Positions 30,252-40,572 of a stretch of 64,000 bases of DNA are shown one piece after another (the stretch's first letter is position 1; each line of letters opens with the position of its first letter). The stretch is from positions 9,660-73,659 of IMG/VR virus record IMGVR_UViG_3300037761_000327; one strand, given 5' to 3'. The notes beneath the pieces are model-generated. The model saw only the letters and a program-made list of their open reading frames with translations, did not search any database and was not told the origin of the DNA. The DNA is from a virus. Lineage: Duplodnaviria > Caudoviricetes. The position numbers and the translations under genes were made by a program.

Positions 30252-31814
30252 CTACCTTTCTACGGTTACTACCGCCTCTGTGGTAAGGAACGTACCCGCC
30301 ACTGACGCAGCGTTCTCAAGGGCACAACGTGTAACCTTTTTAGGGTCGATAATTCCCTCTTCAATCATATTCACAAATTCTCCGGTCTTAACGTTGATAC
30401 CATATCCTTCGGAATTGTATGAGCAATACTCACGCCCGGCGTTATCACATATCTGCCTTGCAGGGGCAGAGCAGGATTCCAACACTATATGGTAACCTGC
30501 CTCAAAGGCGGATAGCTCTACAGGAGATACTGACATCAACGAACTTGCAGCATTGTCAAGAGCGACCCCTCCACCGGCAACGATGCCTTCTTCAAGTGCC
30601 GACCTAGTGGCATTTATACTGTCCTCTACCCTGTCCTGCTTCTCCTTCAACTCACTATCAGACTTTGCCCCCACGTAAAGTGTGGCCACCCCGCCCGTGA
30701 TTCTGGATAGTCTTTCCTGTAGTTCAAGTTTATCGAACTGATTTTTAGTGGCCGAAATTTTCTCCTTCAACTCGGATACCAGTCCTATAAGGTTATCGGC
30801 ATTCCCTACCAACAGTGAATCTTTTTCGGATATCACGCACTTGCTGAGCCTTCCCAGAACTTCCGGACGTAGCTTGACGCCCTCCACATCGGACACGACC
30901 GTTGCTCCCGTAAGTACGGAGATATCGTTCATAAGGTCCTTCTCTATCTTGAGTATCTGGGGAGTCTTTACAAGACATATCTTTCCGGCTATGGCCCCCT
31001 TCTTGACATTCTCCAAAATAGTGGAGAGTACGAACGGGTCAACATCGTCGGCGATAATCAGCAAAGTGTTCTTGGGCTGAGAGAATACCGCACTGAAAAG
31101 GCTTACTATTGCATCCCCCTTCTCCAGCTTCCCTTTGTGCAGGAGTACGAAAGGCTGGTCCAGTTCGCATATGTCCTTCACCTTGTTAGTTATGAAATTC
31201 TGGTGGTAGAAGCCCCTATCCAACTGTACCCCGTCGCGAAGTTCGACATAGGTATCACTGGTATCGGACACAGCGGTCACCACTGTCCCGTGCTTGCCTA
31301 TCTTATTGAAGGCCTTGGCTATAATCTTTCCAAGCTCCGTGTCCCCGTTTGCCGAAATAGTGGCCACGCTCTCCAAATCTGACTTGGACACTTTCTTGGA
31401 CACCTTGTCCAAGTAGGCGACAATATCCTTGGTAGCTTGGTCTATGCCCCTTTTTAGCTCTACGGAAGAGATATTGTCGGAAGAGGACAAGAGGTTTAGA
31501 CCTTTCTCAAAAATGCTCTGGGCAAGTACCGTTGCGGTAGTGGTTCCGTCGCCGGCCTGACTGTTGGTCCTACGTGCGGCCTCCTTCACAACCTCTGCCC
31601 CAATCCTTTCGTACTCGTCCCTAGGACTGATGGATTTGGCAATCGATACACCGTCCTTAGAGATGATGTAGCTGTAACTGGTCCCCACTTGTACCGGAAA
31701 TATGACGTTACGTCCTTCTGCCCCAAGGGATACCTTTACGGCATTTGCAACTGCATCGACTCCCCTTTTTAAGGCCTCCCGTGCTTCGTTATTAAATTTA
31801 ATTGTAGTGTTCAT
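30252..31814 (-). CDS. groEL: Chaperonin GroEL
   Basis: SKDGVSIA, AGDGTTTATVLA, GIVAGGG, GIIDPKKVTRCALENAAS; no GGM tail. Confidence 0.97.
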   Translation of the reverse strand: MNTTIKFNNEAREALKRGVDAVANAVKVSLGAEGRNVIFPVQVGTSYSYIISKDGVSIAKSISPRDEYERIGAEVVKEAARRTNSQAGDGTTTATVLAQSIFEKGLNLLSSSDNISSVELKRGIDQATKDIVAYLDKVSKKVSKSDLESVATISANGDTELGKIIAKAFNKIGKHGTVVTAVSDTSDTYVELRDGVQLDRGFYHQNFITNKVKDICELDQPFVLLHKGKLEKGDAIVSLFSAVFSQPKNTLLIIADDVDPFVLSTILENVKKGAIAGKICLVKTPQILKIEKDLMNDISVLTGATVVSDVEGVKLRPEVLGRLSKCVISEKDSLLVGNADNLIGLVSELKEKISATKNQFDKLELQERLSRITGGVATLYVGAKSDSELKEKQDRVEDSINATRSALEEGIVAGGGVALDNAASSLMSVSPVELSAFEAGYHIVLESCSAPARQICDNAGREYCSYNSEGYGINVKTGEFVNMIEEGIIDPKKVTRCALENAASVAGTFLTTEAVVTVER

Positions 31815-31831
31815 AGAAATGTTGACTGATT

Positions 31832-32113
31832 TTAGTTTACTTTCTTCCTCTCTAGGTACTGTAATCTTGTGTCCGACTCACCCTGCTTTATAAGCTTCTT
31901 TTCGAATTTCATAAAGGAATACGGACCTATCCGTACTATTGCCAATTGGATTCCTTTTTTGTTACTAAAAGGTCTCTTGGAGGTCTTGCCCTCTTTCTCC
32001 CTTCTCTCTTTCCTGTTGGGACCGTACCCGCGGTACGAGAACAATATAGGGTTTATAAGCTCGCCACTGGCGTCGTACGCCTTGACGTACGGAATGTTTT
32101 TTCTATCTGTCAT
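31832..32113 (-). CDS. Hypothetical basic protein between groES and groEL
   Basis: 93 aa with ATGA overlap. Confidence 0.6.
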   Translation of the reverse strand: MTDRKNIPYVKAYDASGELINPILFSYRGYGPNRKERREKEGKTSKRPFSNKKGIQLAIVRIGPYSFMKFEKKLIKQGESDTRLQYLERKKVN

Positions 32114-32385
32114 ATTATTGCTACTATACTTCCGAAGGGTATTGCAAAATGGTCCTCTTCGTTAAATTTGATTTTTCCTTTTTCTCTTGGTTCTACGTAG
32201 TACACGTGGTCGCCGACATTCGGTACGTTGACCTTGTCCGAGGACATTTTAAGTTCGTCGGAGATTGCTATCACTTCTGCCCTTGGTAAGTAGTCCCCAT
32301 CGACCCTCCACTCCATTCCCGTATCTTTGTCTATGGTGGATGTAGTGTACCTTTTTATAAGTACTCTGTCGTTAAGGAGTTTCAT
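32110..32385 (-). CDS. groES: Co-chaperonin GroES
   Basis: MKLLNDRVLIK, AEVIAI, VGDHVYY, SIVAII; next to groEL. Confidence 0.85.
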   Translation of the reverse strand: MKLLNDRVLIKRYTTSTIDKDTGMEWRVDGDYLPRAEVIAISDELKMSSDKVNVPNVGDHVYYVEPREKGKIKFNEEDHFAIPFGSIVAII

Positions 32386-32648
32386 ATGTTCTTTTTAGTT
32401 TTAGGGGCCGAATGTTTGGGGCCCGGTTCGGGCAAATTACTGGCCTCGGGGATTCTAGCTTGCAGGTCTTTAGCGTACCCCTCTCTTTTTCTGTAGCCGT
32501 CCAACTCTTCCCTAATCTTGGGGAGCACTTCTAGGTCGGAGTGTACCGCCCTTAACGAGGACATGATAAGCCCCACCTCTTGTAGGCTGAACGCTCCTCT
32601 TTGCGTGGCCTTGTCTAAGGCCTCTTGTAAGATTTGATAGTTTTTCAT
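32382..32648 (-). CDS. Hypothetical protein
   Basis: ALDKATQRGAFSLQE; coupled to groES. Confidence 0.6.
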   Translation of the reverse strand: MKNYQILQEALDKATQRGAFSLQEVGLIMSSLRAVHSDLEVLPKIREELDGYRKREGYAKDLQARIPEASNLPEPGPKHSAPKTKKNI

Positions 32649-32658
32649 TTTTACTTGT

Positions 32659-33642
32659 TTAAATTAAATTGTTTCCCGTTGTCCATTTCAAATATTCCCT
32701 ATTGGAGAGTTTGTACTGGGACCCATCGACCCCGCACTTCATTAACCTCTGTATGGTCCCTGCCGGTGTTATGGTATCCCCCATGTAAATTAGTTTTTCC
32801 GTTTCTCCGCAAGTAGGGCAACTGTATTTATCATTACCGACCGCTACCCCCAAATGGGCCGCATGCCTCATATAGGGTATCATCTTTACGTAGACCTCTT
32901 CCGTGGATATAATATCACCTATATTGTACACCTCCATCTTTTTCAGGTACTCCTTCTGTTGGGCCGGGGTGCCGTACTGTACCATCTCCCACATCAACAA
33001 ACCTTCATGGCCCAACTTCATGGTAACTTCGAAAAACTTGCACATGTATTTCAGGGCGTAGGATGGCAACCTTGCTATCCTCTTCATCTGCTTTTGCAGG
33101 TCCAAGGATTTTACGAACATGTTGACATGAAGCCCGTGCTTCATTGCACGTGCGTTAATCCACCTATTATCGAAGTTGTTGTTGTTTACCCCCACCACTA
33201 GGTCGGCCTCGTTGTACTCTTTTAGGAAAACCTCTACCAGCTCCCTGTCATCGTGGTTCTCGTCCCACGTCTTCGTGAACACTTTGTTCTCTCCGAACCA
33301 CTTCCACGCTACCGTGATAATCTTAGGTTCGTCTATAACATCGTTCCCGTTCACGAACTGCTTCCCCGACCACCACACATTGGCCCTTAACCTAGGCGTC
33401 TCTATGTCGTAGATAAGGATTTTGGACCCGTTGGAAATGTTCTTGGCCATTAGGCCTATCTCCAGTTCTTTTGCCCAGTTCCTTATGGACCTTTCCGTTA
33501 CCCCGAACCTTTCGGCCAACTGTTCCTGCGCCTCTTTTCTTGAAACGCCCTCCGAGGAGTACAGGTCTATTATGACCCCCCTCTCCTCCTGTGTTAAGTC
33601 CTTGAACTGTTTTGACATCCGTTCTTCACAAGATTTCTCCAT
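32659..33642 (-). CDS. HTH plus RNase H-like (DEDDy) exonuclease with Zn ribbon
   Basis: LAERFGVTERSIRNW; IYDIETP; NNNFD; YNIGDI; CPTCG. Confidence 0.8.
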   Translation of the reverse strand: MEKSCEERMSKQFKDLTQEERGVIIDLYSSEGVSRKEAQEQLAERFGVTERSIRNWAKELEIGLMAKNISNGSKILIYDIETPRLRANVWWSGKQFVNGNDVIDEPKIITVAWKWFGENKVFTKTWDENHDDRELVEVFLKEYNEADLVVGVNNNNFDNRWINARAMKHGLHVNMFVKSLDLQKQMKRIARLPSYALKYMCKFFEVTMKLGHEGLLMWEMVQYGTPAQQKEYLKKMEVYNIGDIISTEEVYVKMIPYMRHAAHLGVAVGNDKYSCPTCGETEKLIYMGDTITPAGTIQRLMKCGVDGSQYKLSNREYLKWTTGNNLI

Positions 33643-33820
33643 TTACAATCTGTTCTTTTAAAATATTAAGTCTGGTTCTTATCGACTCGATAAGCTCTAT
33701 GCACTCCACCCTACCCCTGTCAACGAGGGATTCGTTAAGGTTGGAAACGTCCATATGGATATCTTCCGTCTGATAATTGATTATGCGGATTCTCCGACTG
33801 TCTACTGATTCTCTTTTCAC
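33626..33820 (-). CDS. Hypothetical protein
   Basis: Overlapping ORF in operon. Confidence 0.5.
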   Translation of the reverse strand: MKRESVDSRRIRIINYQTEDIHMDVSNLNESLVDRGRVECIELIESIRTRLNILKEQIVNGEIL

Positions 33821-34254
33821 AACGTCTTTATGATTTTAATGGTCTCCTTACAATCCTGCAAATCCCTCGGAACGAAGCAGACGGGGTTAAGGTCTTTTTT
33901 TAATAGCATCTTCTTGAATGCCCTCCACGTTCTAGAAAAATCCGGAAAAGACCTTCCCTTTATCTCTATTACCCACTTTAGTGGCTCCCCTACGGGAGGA
34001 AGGAAATCCGGGGTGTATATCGAGCTCTTGTATACCTTTCCGCCCCTGTTCATGAATACGCCCTTTCCGTTCATGAACCTTTCGTAGGAATCGTGGGGGG
34101 AAATGAATCCCGAGTCGATTTCAAACCTCTGCTCTTCGTAGGAAAAAGGTATTCCTGCCTCTTTCAGTAGTTTATACATGTTCCTTTCCAACATGGACCG
34201 AAACTGTATTCCGTCGTACACGACCTTGCGTGCGTTAGTCTGTCTTTTTGCCAT
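33817..34254 (-). CDS. T7 endonuclease I / DUF1064-like nuclease
   Basis: YDGIQFRSMLE, YTPDF, IEIKG. Confidence 0.8.
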   Translation of the reverse strand: MAKRQTNARKVVYDGIQFRSMLERNMYKLLKEAGIPFSYEEQRFEIDSGFISPHDSYERFMNGKGVFMNRGGKVYKSSIYTPDFLPPVGEPLKWVIEIKGRSFPDFSRTWRAFKKMLLKKDLNPVCFVPRDLQDCKETIKIIKTL

Positions 34255-34304
34255 AAGTAAAGATAAGAAAATTTACCGTTACTTCCAAAGAATTTCCTAT
34301 TAAA

Positions 34305-36206
34305 TTAATGTACTTCTGCATAATTGTCCCCGAACTGAACGTCCACCCCTATAACAACATTCAATTTCAGCAAATCATTTACCTTCTCCATCGATTCCTC
34401 TATTATCCTTTTAACTTCCTCCTCCCTTCCCTCTTCTATCAACGCCACCATTTCATCGTGGTACTGTAGGAAAGGAATCACTCCCTCCGACATCACGTAC
34501 TTTAGCCACACATCAAATACGAACGCGCCCGTTCCTTGGTTAAGGGTACTGAAAATATCCCTCTCCGAACGTACCGAATACCACAGCCTGCTCACTGGAT
34601 TGAGTAACCACATCTGGTCGTTTATGGTCTTGACCTCAATGTCGTTTGGAAGTTGTTTTATGGACCAGTTCCTGTCCCAGTAGGATTGTATTAGGGCCTT
34701 GGCTTCTCTAGTTTTCATTCCCACTGTCTTGCCCAGCTTCTCGGCCCCTACCCCGTAGATACAAGAGTAATTCGCAACTTTATAGATATCCCTGATAGGT
34801 TTCAGCCTAGACTTTACCTCCTTGTCTCCGGCCTTGTACAGCTCCAACTCCTCTTCCGTGATAGCTCCGGCCCTAAGTGCCAAATCCAAATGTGGGCAAA
34901 AGCCCTCTTCCATTTGCTCTATTACGTACTCTGGGTCATAGTCGTACATGTAGTTCCTTTTGCATTGGTCTTCTAAACTAGATATATCCGACCCACAAAC
35001 TACGTACCCCTCCGGAGCCACGATACATTCTCTTATTATCTGGCCGTCCCTTAAGTTCTCGGCAACCGCCTCAGCTTTGGTCATCCCCCCGTCCATGGCC
35101 TTATGAATATCGCCGGTAACCCCCGGTAAATTCACAATGGGTTTTGAGTGCCTTAGCCTCAGGGTGTTCGTAAACCCTACCGCCCCTGCGATACAGTATC
35201 CGTCGTCATCGACAGAATCCAAGAAACCGTTGAGCACTCCCAGCCTATGATTAATCACGGTAAGGCCGTCTAGTTCGTTTATGGCGGGGTCCTTGCTGGC
35301 CAAGTCCGTTACGCTCGAACATAGCTCCTTGTCCTTGTTCCTTATTTGTGGAACAGGGCCGTTGGCTCCGTCGTTGAATATCTCCGGCTCCCATCCCAAT
35401 GAAAATAGCCAATCCTTTACTTGGGACGTAGAGCTCGGGTTCGGCTCTTGGTAAACTACCTCGGTATTCAGGGGCAAACCGTTATCCCTCAGATACTCGA
35501 ACCATTTCTCGCCCAATGCCGACACGCTGTTATCCTTCTTGTACATCTTCTTCGGCTTGCACTTGTCTATGACGGTCTTGGGCATGGCTTCCTTAAGGGC
35601 ATCCTCTTTTTCTTTTAACAGTGGCGTAAGGATGTTTATGTTAGCCTTGACCGTATCCACATCGACAAGAGTCATAATCCTCTGCTGTTCTACCAGACAG
35701 TCCATTTTGAACATCAGGTACTTTATAAGAGAGTTGGCCCTTTCGGAACTACCGTACAGCTCTATTAGCCTAGAAATAATATCTTCCCATAGGGCTATGT
35801 TTATCCTAACGTCACTTTCGCAGCGGAAGGCGTACTCTAAGTAGCTAAGGTTCTCCCAATCATCTACCTTGGGTTTCTCTATCCCATAATCCTTTCCAAA
35901 GGCCTCTAGGCCAAATGTCCCGCTCCGTCTTTCGGGGAAAATATACCAAGCCAGGGCCAGCGTGTCTACAATCCTTGCTTGTATTTTGAATCCTAGCACC
36001 CTCTCCAACTCTACAGCGTCGAACATCTTGAAGAAGTGCCCCACTACCGTATTCTCTGGATTGGACATAATATCCCTCATGACGTCGTAGTCAGGGGTGG
36101 ACTTGACCTGCCACTCCCCGTCCTTGTCCTTATATCCGACCGACATGACGTGCACCTTAGTGGACATCAGACCATCAGTTTCAATATCGATTACGTATAG
36201 TGGCAT
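34305..36206 (-). CDS. DNA polymerase family A (T7-like, with 3'-5' exonuclease)
   Basis: DIETDG exo I; motif A DISSLE; motif B R...K...YSCIYG; motif C YHDE. Confidence 0.95.
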   Translation of the reverse strand: MPLYVIDIETDGLMSTKVHVMSVGYKDKDGEWQVKSTPDYDVMRDIMSNPENTVVGHFFKMFDAVELERVLGFKIQARIVDTLALAWYIFPERRSGTFGLEAFGKDYGIEKPKVDDWENLSYLEYAFRCESDVRINIALWEDIISRLIELYGSSERANSLIKYLMFKMDCLVEQQRIMTLVDVDTVKANINILTPLLKEKEDALKEAMPKTVIDKCKPKKMYKKDNSVSALGEKWFEYLRDNGLPLNTEVVYQEPNPSSTSQVKDWLFSLGWEPEIFNDGANGPVPQIRNKDKELCSSVTDLASKDPAINELDGLTVINHRLGVLNGFLDSVDDDGYCIAGAVGFTNTLRLRHSKPIVNLPGVTGDIHKAMDGGMTKAEAVAENLRDGQIIRECIVAPEGYVVCGSDISSLEDQCKRNYMYDYDPEYVIEQMEEGFCPHLDLALRAGAITEEELELYKAGDKEVKSRLKPIRDIYKVANYSCIYGVGAEKLGKTVGMKTREAKALIQSYWDRNWSIKQLPNDIEVKTINDQMWLLNPVSRLWYSVRSERDIFSTLNQGTGAFVFDVWLKYVMSEGVIPFLQYHDEMVALIEEGREEEVKRIIEESMEKVNDLLKLNVVIGVDVQFGDNYAEVH

Positions 36207-36207
36207 A

Positions 36208-36354
36208 TTACTTTCTTTTGATTAAATCTATTCTATCCATAAGGGAATATATTTCCTCTTTCAAGATGTCCAAGTCGTTCATCATCCTGTACTTCCTCTC
36301 TTTCAAAGAGGACATTTCAGACTCTAATTCTGCAATTTTTTCTACGTCTGTCAT
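36208..36354 (-). CDS. Small coiled-coil protein (48 aa, not in ORF track)
   Basis: MTDVEKIAELESEMSSLKERK...; fills the gap with an ATGA overlap. Confidence 0.6.
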   Translation of the reverse strand: MTDVEKIAELESEMSSLKERKYRMMNDLDILKEEIYSLMDRIDLIKRK

Positions 36355-36959
36355 AATAATGTTGATTTAGGAACCCCGTCATCTTTCAAAGTCTTCTTAA
36401 AACCTATATTCGCCGCTGTGTGGAACACTATGATACCCTCTGGGTCCATGAATCCGGGGGCAGCGAGGCTTCCGTTATCCCCTAAAAAGTCTATCATCAT
36501 ATCCGCTACCTCGGTGCTAAATAACCCCCAAAAAATCACCGGGACCACCCCCACACACTCCGGTAACACGTCTTGATATTTCTCTATCTTCGAGTCCGCT
36601 GTAGGTATCCTTTGCGGCTCTGTTCCGTAAAGTGCCCACCTACTGGTATTGAAAAGAGACAATCTTTTATCCCCTTTAGTAAGCCCGTATCCCCTTTGGA
36701 TACCACTTCCCCACCATTCCCCGAAATGCCGTCCCGGACCCAACTTAAGAATGTCATCCCTATTGCCCTCCACCCATCTTGCAAATCCATAATTGTCGTT
36801 ATTAGGAGTAATCCATCTGTTACGGCTTCCTACAAATAAGTCTCCATCTTCTGTTATAAATATCTGGGCATTTGTGCCGTCTATCTTTTCTGTGATTACG
36901 ACGTCCCTAGATAGCCTTGCCATCTTAGGAAATCCTTGAAATTCTACGTTTGTCTCCAT
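36351..36959 (-). CDS. RNA ligase (Rnl2-like nucleotidyltransferase domain)
   Basis: TEKIDGTN, GSRNR, FGEW.G.GIQ, PEGII. Confidence 0.85.
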   Translation of the reverse strand: METNVEFQGFPKMARLSRDVVITEKIDGTNAQIFITEDGDLFVGSRNRWITPNNDNYGFARWVEGNRDDILKLGPGRHFGEWWGSGIQRGYGLTKGDKRLSLFNTSRWALYGTEPQRIPTADSKIEKYQDVLPECVGVVPVIFWGLFSTEVADMMIDFLGDNGSLAAPGFMDPEGIIVFHTAANIGFKKTLKDDGVPKSTLL

Positions 36960-37970
36960 TTAAAGTATATCTTTTAAGCATTTGATTCTTTTAAACCCTA
37001 CCGAATACCTCTGGTTGTGGGGAGCATCCATCAGGAACGTACATATGCCCGCTTGGTTCAACGACTTAAAATTGTGCCATCCGTCATCGACGAATATATC
37101 CAGTCCCTGCTCTTTGGCTATAACCACTTTGGTCCTTTCGCTAGTGGTAGTGAATACCGGTCTGGCGGGAAATCCGTGCTTTGCCAACCAAGCCTCGGTA
37201 ACCGAGGAATCGACCGGACGTGATGTAATATAACAATGGGGTTCGAAGGGTATATCGCTAGGGTTGATAAGTGGCTTCAAGTTCATGTAAAATTTGTCCA
37301 GCTCCCCAGAGGCTTTCATCTCCTCGAACTTCTGCAACAACTCCCTGTCAAAATACCAACTGGAAGGGGTCTCTAATCCCCTCATGTCCGTCCAATCCCC
37401 TACCCAATCTGCAAGGACCTCGTCTATATCCAGCCCTATCTTCTTCTCGTTCAGGTAAGCATGCGGCCTGTTGTCACCTTCCGGAAATATCTTATAGAAC
37501 TCCAATAGGCTGAAAAGTCCCCAAGCGGCATTGGCTAAATGGTACGTACCTAATTCACTATCAAAGTCCTCTCCGGATTTCCATGCCTCTATGTGCCTCA
37601 TGGCGGAATCCATGCACCCCATCCAATCCTGACCTAGCCTCCAATTATTACTGGCATCCTCGATAAGTTCGTACTTACCTACGTCAGAAAAAGGGAAGTC
37701 CTTCCCTTGTATAAGTTTTCCGTTTGAATCTTTGTACATAGAATACTTATGTGCTCCCCTAGTATACACGTCGGCCAATGCCTCTTTTGCGAAAGGGGGA
37801 ATGAGGACGTGTCTGGACTTACCTTTGTTGTACCTTTTGGCGCCTCCTTTTTTGTTGCTGTTGTCCAAGTCTTTCGGAGCCTTTAGCTGCTTTTTTGATT
37901 TCAGTTGGTCCAGTTGAGGGTAGTCTTTATTTAACCTATCCTCGAAATCTTTTAGATTTAGTATACTCAT
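36960..37970 (-). CDS. dATP/dGTP diphosphohydrolase (DUF5664-like) fused to HAD 5'(3')-deoxyribonucleotidase
   Basis: RYNKGK, GAHKY, NW..G, SAMRH..AW..GE..D.E.G..HLA.A; then LDIDEVLAD, ITSR, FVDD. Confidence 0.8.
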   Translation of the reverse strand: MSILNLKDFEDRLNKDYPQLDQLKSKKQLKAPKDLDNSNKKGGAKRYNKGKSRHVLIPPFAKEALADVYTRGAHKYSMYKDSNGKLIQGKDFPFSDVGKYELIEDASNNWRLGQDWMGCMDSAMRHIEAWKSGEDFDSELGTYHLANAAWGLFSLLEFYKIFPEGDNRPHAYLNEKKIGLDIDEVLADWVGDWTDMRGLETPSSWYFDRELLQKFEEMKASGELDKFYMNLKPLINPSDIPFEPHCYITSRPVDSSVTEAWLAKHGFPARPVFTTTSERTKVVIAKEQGLDIFVDDGWHNFKSLNQAGICTFLMDAPHNQRYSVGFKRIKCLKDIL

Positions 37971-37994
37971 ACTTACTTAATTTTAATTAAACTT

Positions 37995-39857
37995 TTATCC
38001 AAATGCATCCGTTGGGTCCACCTTCGGCAAAGGTTTTGACTCTGCCTTCTTTACCTTCTTTCTTTGTGAGTTCATTATAGGATTGAATCCAGAGGAATCG
38101 AAGTATCCGGTAAACCCGTCAACGGTCTTATAGGAAAATGCGGTGGACTCATTGGCAGGGGTTACACTGCCACCTGTGCTATAGTCCTTAATTTTCGCCG
38201 ACCTTATGTCCATTATTCTCTTAAGTTGGGGTACCCTGTGGTTCGTTATCCTGTGGTAGACCAAAAATCCGTCACATCTATTGGCGAACATGTTCCCTCC
38301 TATGGCATCGTAGTGCGAGGGGGGTTTTAAGTAACCCTCTGCGTCCCTTGGAGCCCTTGTAGCCTCCGTTATGGGATGCACCGACATGAATATCGACATC
38401 TCGTTCTTTGCATAAATATTCAGTCTTGACAAGAGGTCGTCGTTATAGTTGTACACATTGCTTGCCGGCTTTTTGAAATAAGAGAACGGGTCTATGAAGA
38501 CTCCATCAAGATTGTACTTTGATTTCAACCTTTCCGCCCTGTCCAATACGTCCTCCACAGTGTAGAACGTTTCGTTCTTGAATATGTAGAAGTGGGCGTA
38601 CATGAAGTCCTTAAAAAGTTGCAGTTCCTTTCTGTTGTTCTTGTAATCGCTAACGGACTTGCCGGACAACGCTTCTAGAAGATACCTCTTGACAGTCGAA
38701 ACATCGTTCTCGCCACAACATATTGCAAACTTCTTTCCGTACAATGTGGCCAAAGCTGCCAGCTTGTGGAGAATCATAAAAGTCTTCCCGACCCCCTCGA
38801 AGGCAAGGGCGAAGTTGAGGCTGTTGCCTTTGTAAACGTAGTAAGGGTCAAGCTGAGGCCATCCGAAGGACAGGCCCAATGGTACAGTACCGTCGATAAA
38901 CTGCTCCAATTTTTCCTCGTCCTCCCCGGCCCACGAGATATATGAAAAATCGTCAAGACTTTCGTCGTTAAGCCCCTTATCTGAATACCCTTCTCTTTCG
39001 GCCCCGTGCCCGACCTTTCTTAACTCCCTGTATCCCTTTTTGTAATTCCCTTCGTGCTCTAAGATGCAATAGATAGCGGAATTACTGTAAGGCTTTTCCG
39101 TCTCGAAATCCGTTGAGGTAGAGAATACGTAAAGGAAACATCCGTCCAGATTGTAAGTTGCTGAAACTCCTTCCCTTCTTTTACCGGGCCTTTTTAAGTA
39201 TACCCACTGAGAGTCTTCTTTTAATACCTCCCACCCGTGCTCCTCTAAAATGTCTAGTCCTATATCTGGGTCAGAATTGTAAGATGGGAACGGGTCGTTG
39301 TACTCCCCATCGGCATAAAAGGCCTTTTTGGACTTTATCCTTTCGTCGTAAAGTTTGGAGGTGGTGATAAGAACGTTCCGCTCGTATTCCTCTATGAACT
39401 TTATGTCCGTAAGGCTACCGTAGATAATTTCATACCCCTCGGAAGGAAAACATTTAACGTACCCCCCCTGCCCGCGGGTCTCCATTATCACGGTCTTGTC
39501 CTCTTTGGATGCAAGTTTTTTATTGCCCTCCACCACACTGGTCCTGTACATAACGTGGTATCCTCCGCTCTTGGTCTTGGCCACCGTCATTTTTCTGAGA
39601 ATGTTCTTGGGTATCTTGGACTTCCATTCCTCCCAGACCTCATCGGCGTTTTCCAAAACATCCAAGTCCAAGTCTATTACCTCCAATCCGCCGGAGACCG
39701 GTCCGGTACATACTCCTATCTCCTCAAACTTATACTGGCTTAAATCTTCGTCTATCGGGTTGACCCAACCCTCTATATTAGGGACCTTGTCTCCGAAACT
39801 CAACGGTACGGGGTTTAGGCCCGCATTTAAATACTCTCTCGCGATTTCGTTGTACAT
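37995..39857 (-). CDS. Primase-polymerase (Prim-Pol) fused to SF4 helicase
   Basis: VIDLD, TKSGGYH, ETRGQGGYV; C-terminal EGVGKT, VFIDPF, SVHP. Confidence 0.85.
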   Translation of the reverse strand: MYNEIAREYLNAGLNPVPLSFGDKVPNIEGWVNPIDEDLSQYKFEEIGVCTGPVSGGLEVIDLDLDVLENADEVWEEWKSKIPKNILRKMTVAKTKSGGYHVMYRTSVVEGNKKLASKEDKTVIMETRGQGGYVKCFPSEGYEIIYGSLTDIKFIEEYERNVLITTSKLYDERIKSKKAFYADGEYNDPFPSYNSDPDIGLDILEEHGWEVLKEDSQWVYLKRPGKRREGVSATYNLDGCFLYVFSTSTDFETEKPYSNSAIYCILEHEGNYKKGYRELRKVGHGAEREGYSDKGLNDESLDDFSYISWAGEDEEKLEQFIDGTVPLGLSFGWPQLDPYYVYKGNSLNFALAFEGVGKTFMILHKLAALATLYGKKFAICCGENDVSTVKRYLLEALSGKSVSDYKNNRKELQLFKDFMYAHFYIFKNETFYTVEDVLDRAERLKSKYNLDGVFIDPFSYFKKPASNVYNYNDDLLSRLNIYAKNEMSIFMSVHPITEATRAPRDAEGYLKPPSHYDAIGGNMFANRCDGFLVYHRITNHRVPQLKRIMDIRSAKIKDYSTGGSVTPANESTAFSYKTVDGFTGYFDSSGFNPIMNSQRKKVKKAESKPLPKVDPTDAFG

Positions 39858-40570
39858 CTGCTATATTCGTCGTTTAATAACTCTGCGTGTAGGTAGTTAC
39901 TGTGGGTAGGCCTCCCTGCCCTCCAACCTTCGGGAGAAATTCTCTCCCCTGAATCCGAAGTTATGTGGAAATATTCATACCCTTTCGGAGCACCGGACAC
40001 CAAAGTTAATTTGTTTTCTGCTCGGCACCAGACTTTTTCGAGGGTAAGTTTCCAACTCCTAACCTTGACATTTTTTTTATTGTGCCAATCTAAATCAGAA
40101 TAGTAATCCACAAAAGTTTTACCATTTACTACGTACCCTAGACTTAGGGCGTAATTTGTAACTTCTTCTGGGGTCGGTGGCACGAATGCCATTGTAGGCT
40201 TAAAGTCGCTGGCATCGTAAATATCAAGAAGCTCTTTTCTATAGCGAGAACTTTTGCCCTCGTCTACAGCTTTTCGTATGTTCAGTTTTGATTTTGGCAA
40301 AGAGAGGAAGTGCTCTTTTATTATGAAGATGTGGACCCTGTCCTTGGTAATCCATCTTATGAACCCCTCGTCGTCGAGTATTTTTCCGTATTCTACCAAC
40401 TGGTCAAAATCCTTTAGTCCCAAGTCGAGTATAATCCTGTCACTGCTCAACTCCAATACTCCCAACGTACTTATGCTGGAATGAGTGACTAAATATAAAT
40501 ACAGTAGTTTAGAATAAGGGGGAAGCGAAGAAAACCTCGCATTCCCCCATAATTTCCCTACTTTGACCAT
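39827..40570 (-). CDS. Putative replication initiator-like protein
   Basis: KLLYLYL wHTH-like N-terminus; FVPPTPEEV..Y and FVDYY...W. Confidence 0.55.
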   Translation of the reverse strand: MVKVGKLWGNARFSSLPPYSKLLYLYLVTHSSISTLGVLELSSDRIILDLGLKDFDQLVEYGKILDDEGFIRWITKDRVHIFIIKEHFLSLPKSKLNIRKAVDEGKSSRYRKELLDIYDASDFKPTMAFVPPTPEEVTNYALSLGYVVNGKTFVDYYSDLDWHNKKNVKVRSWKLTLEKVWCRAENKLTLVSGAPKGYEYFHITSDSGERISPEGWRAGRPTHSNYLHAELLNDEYSRCTTKSRESI

Positions 40571-40572
40571 TA

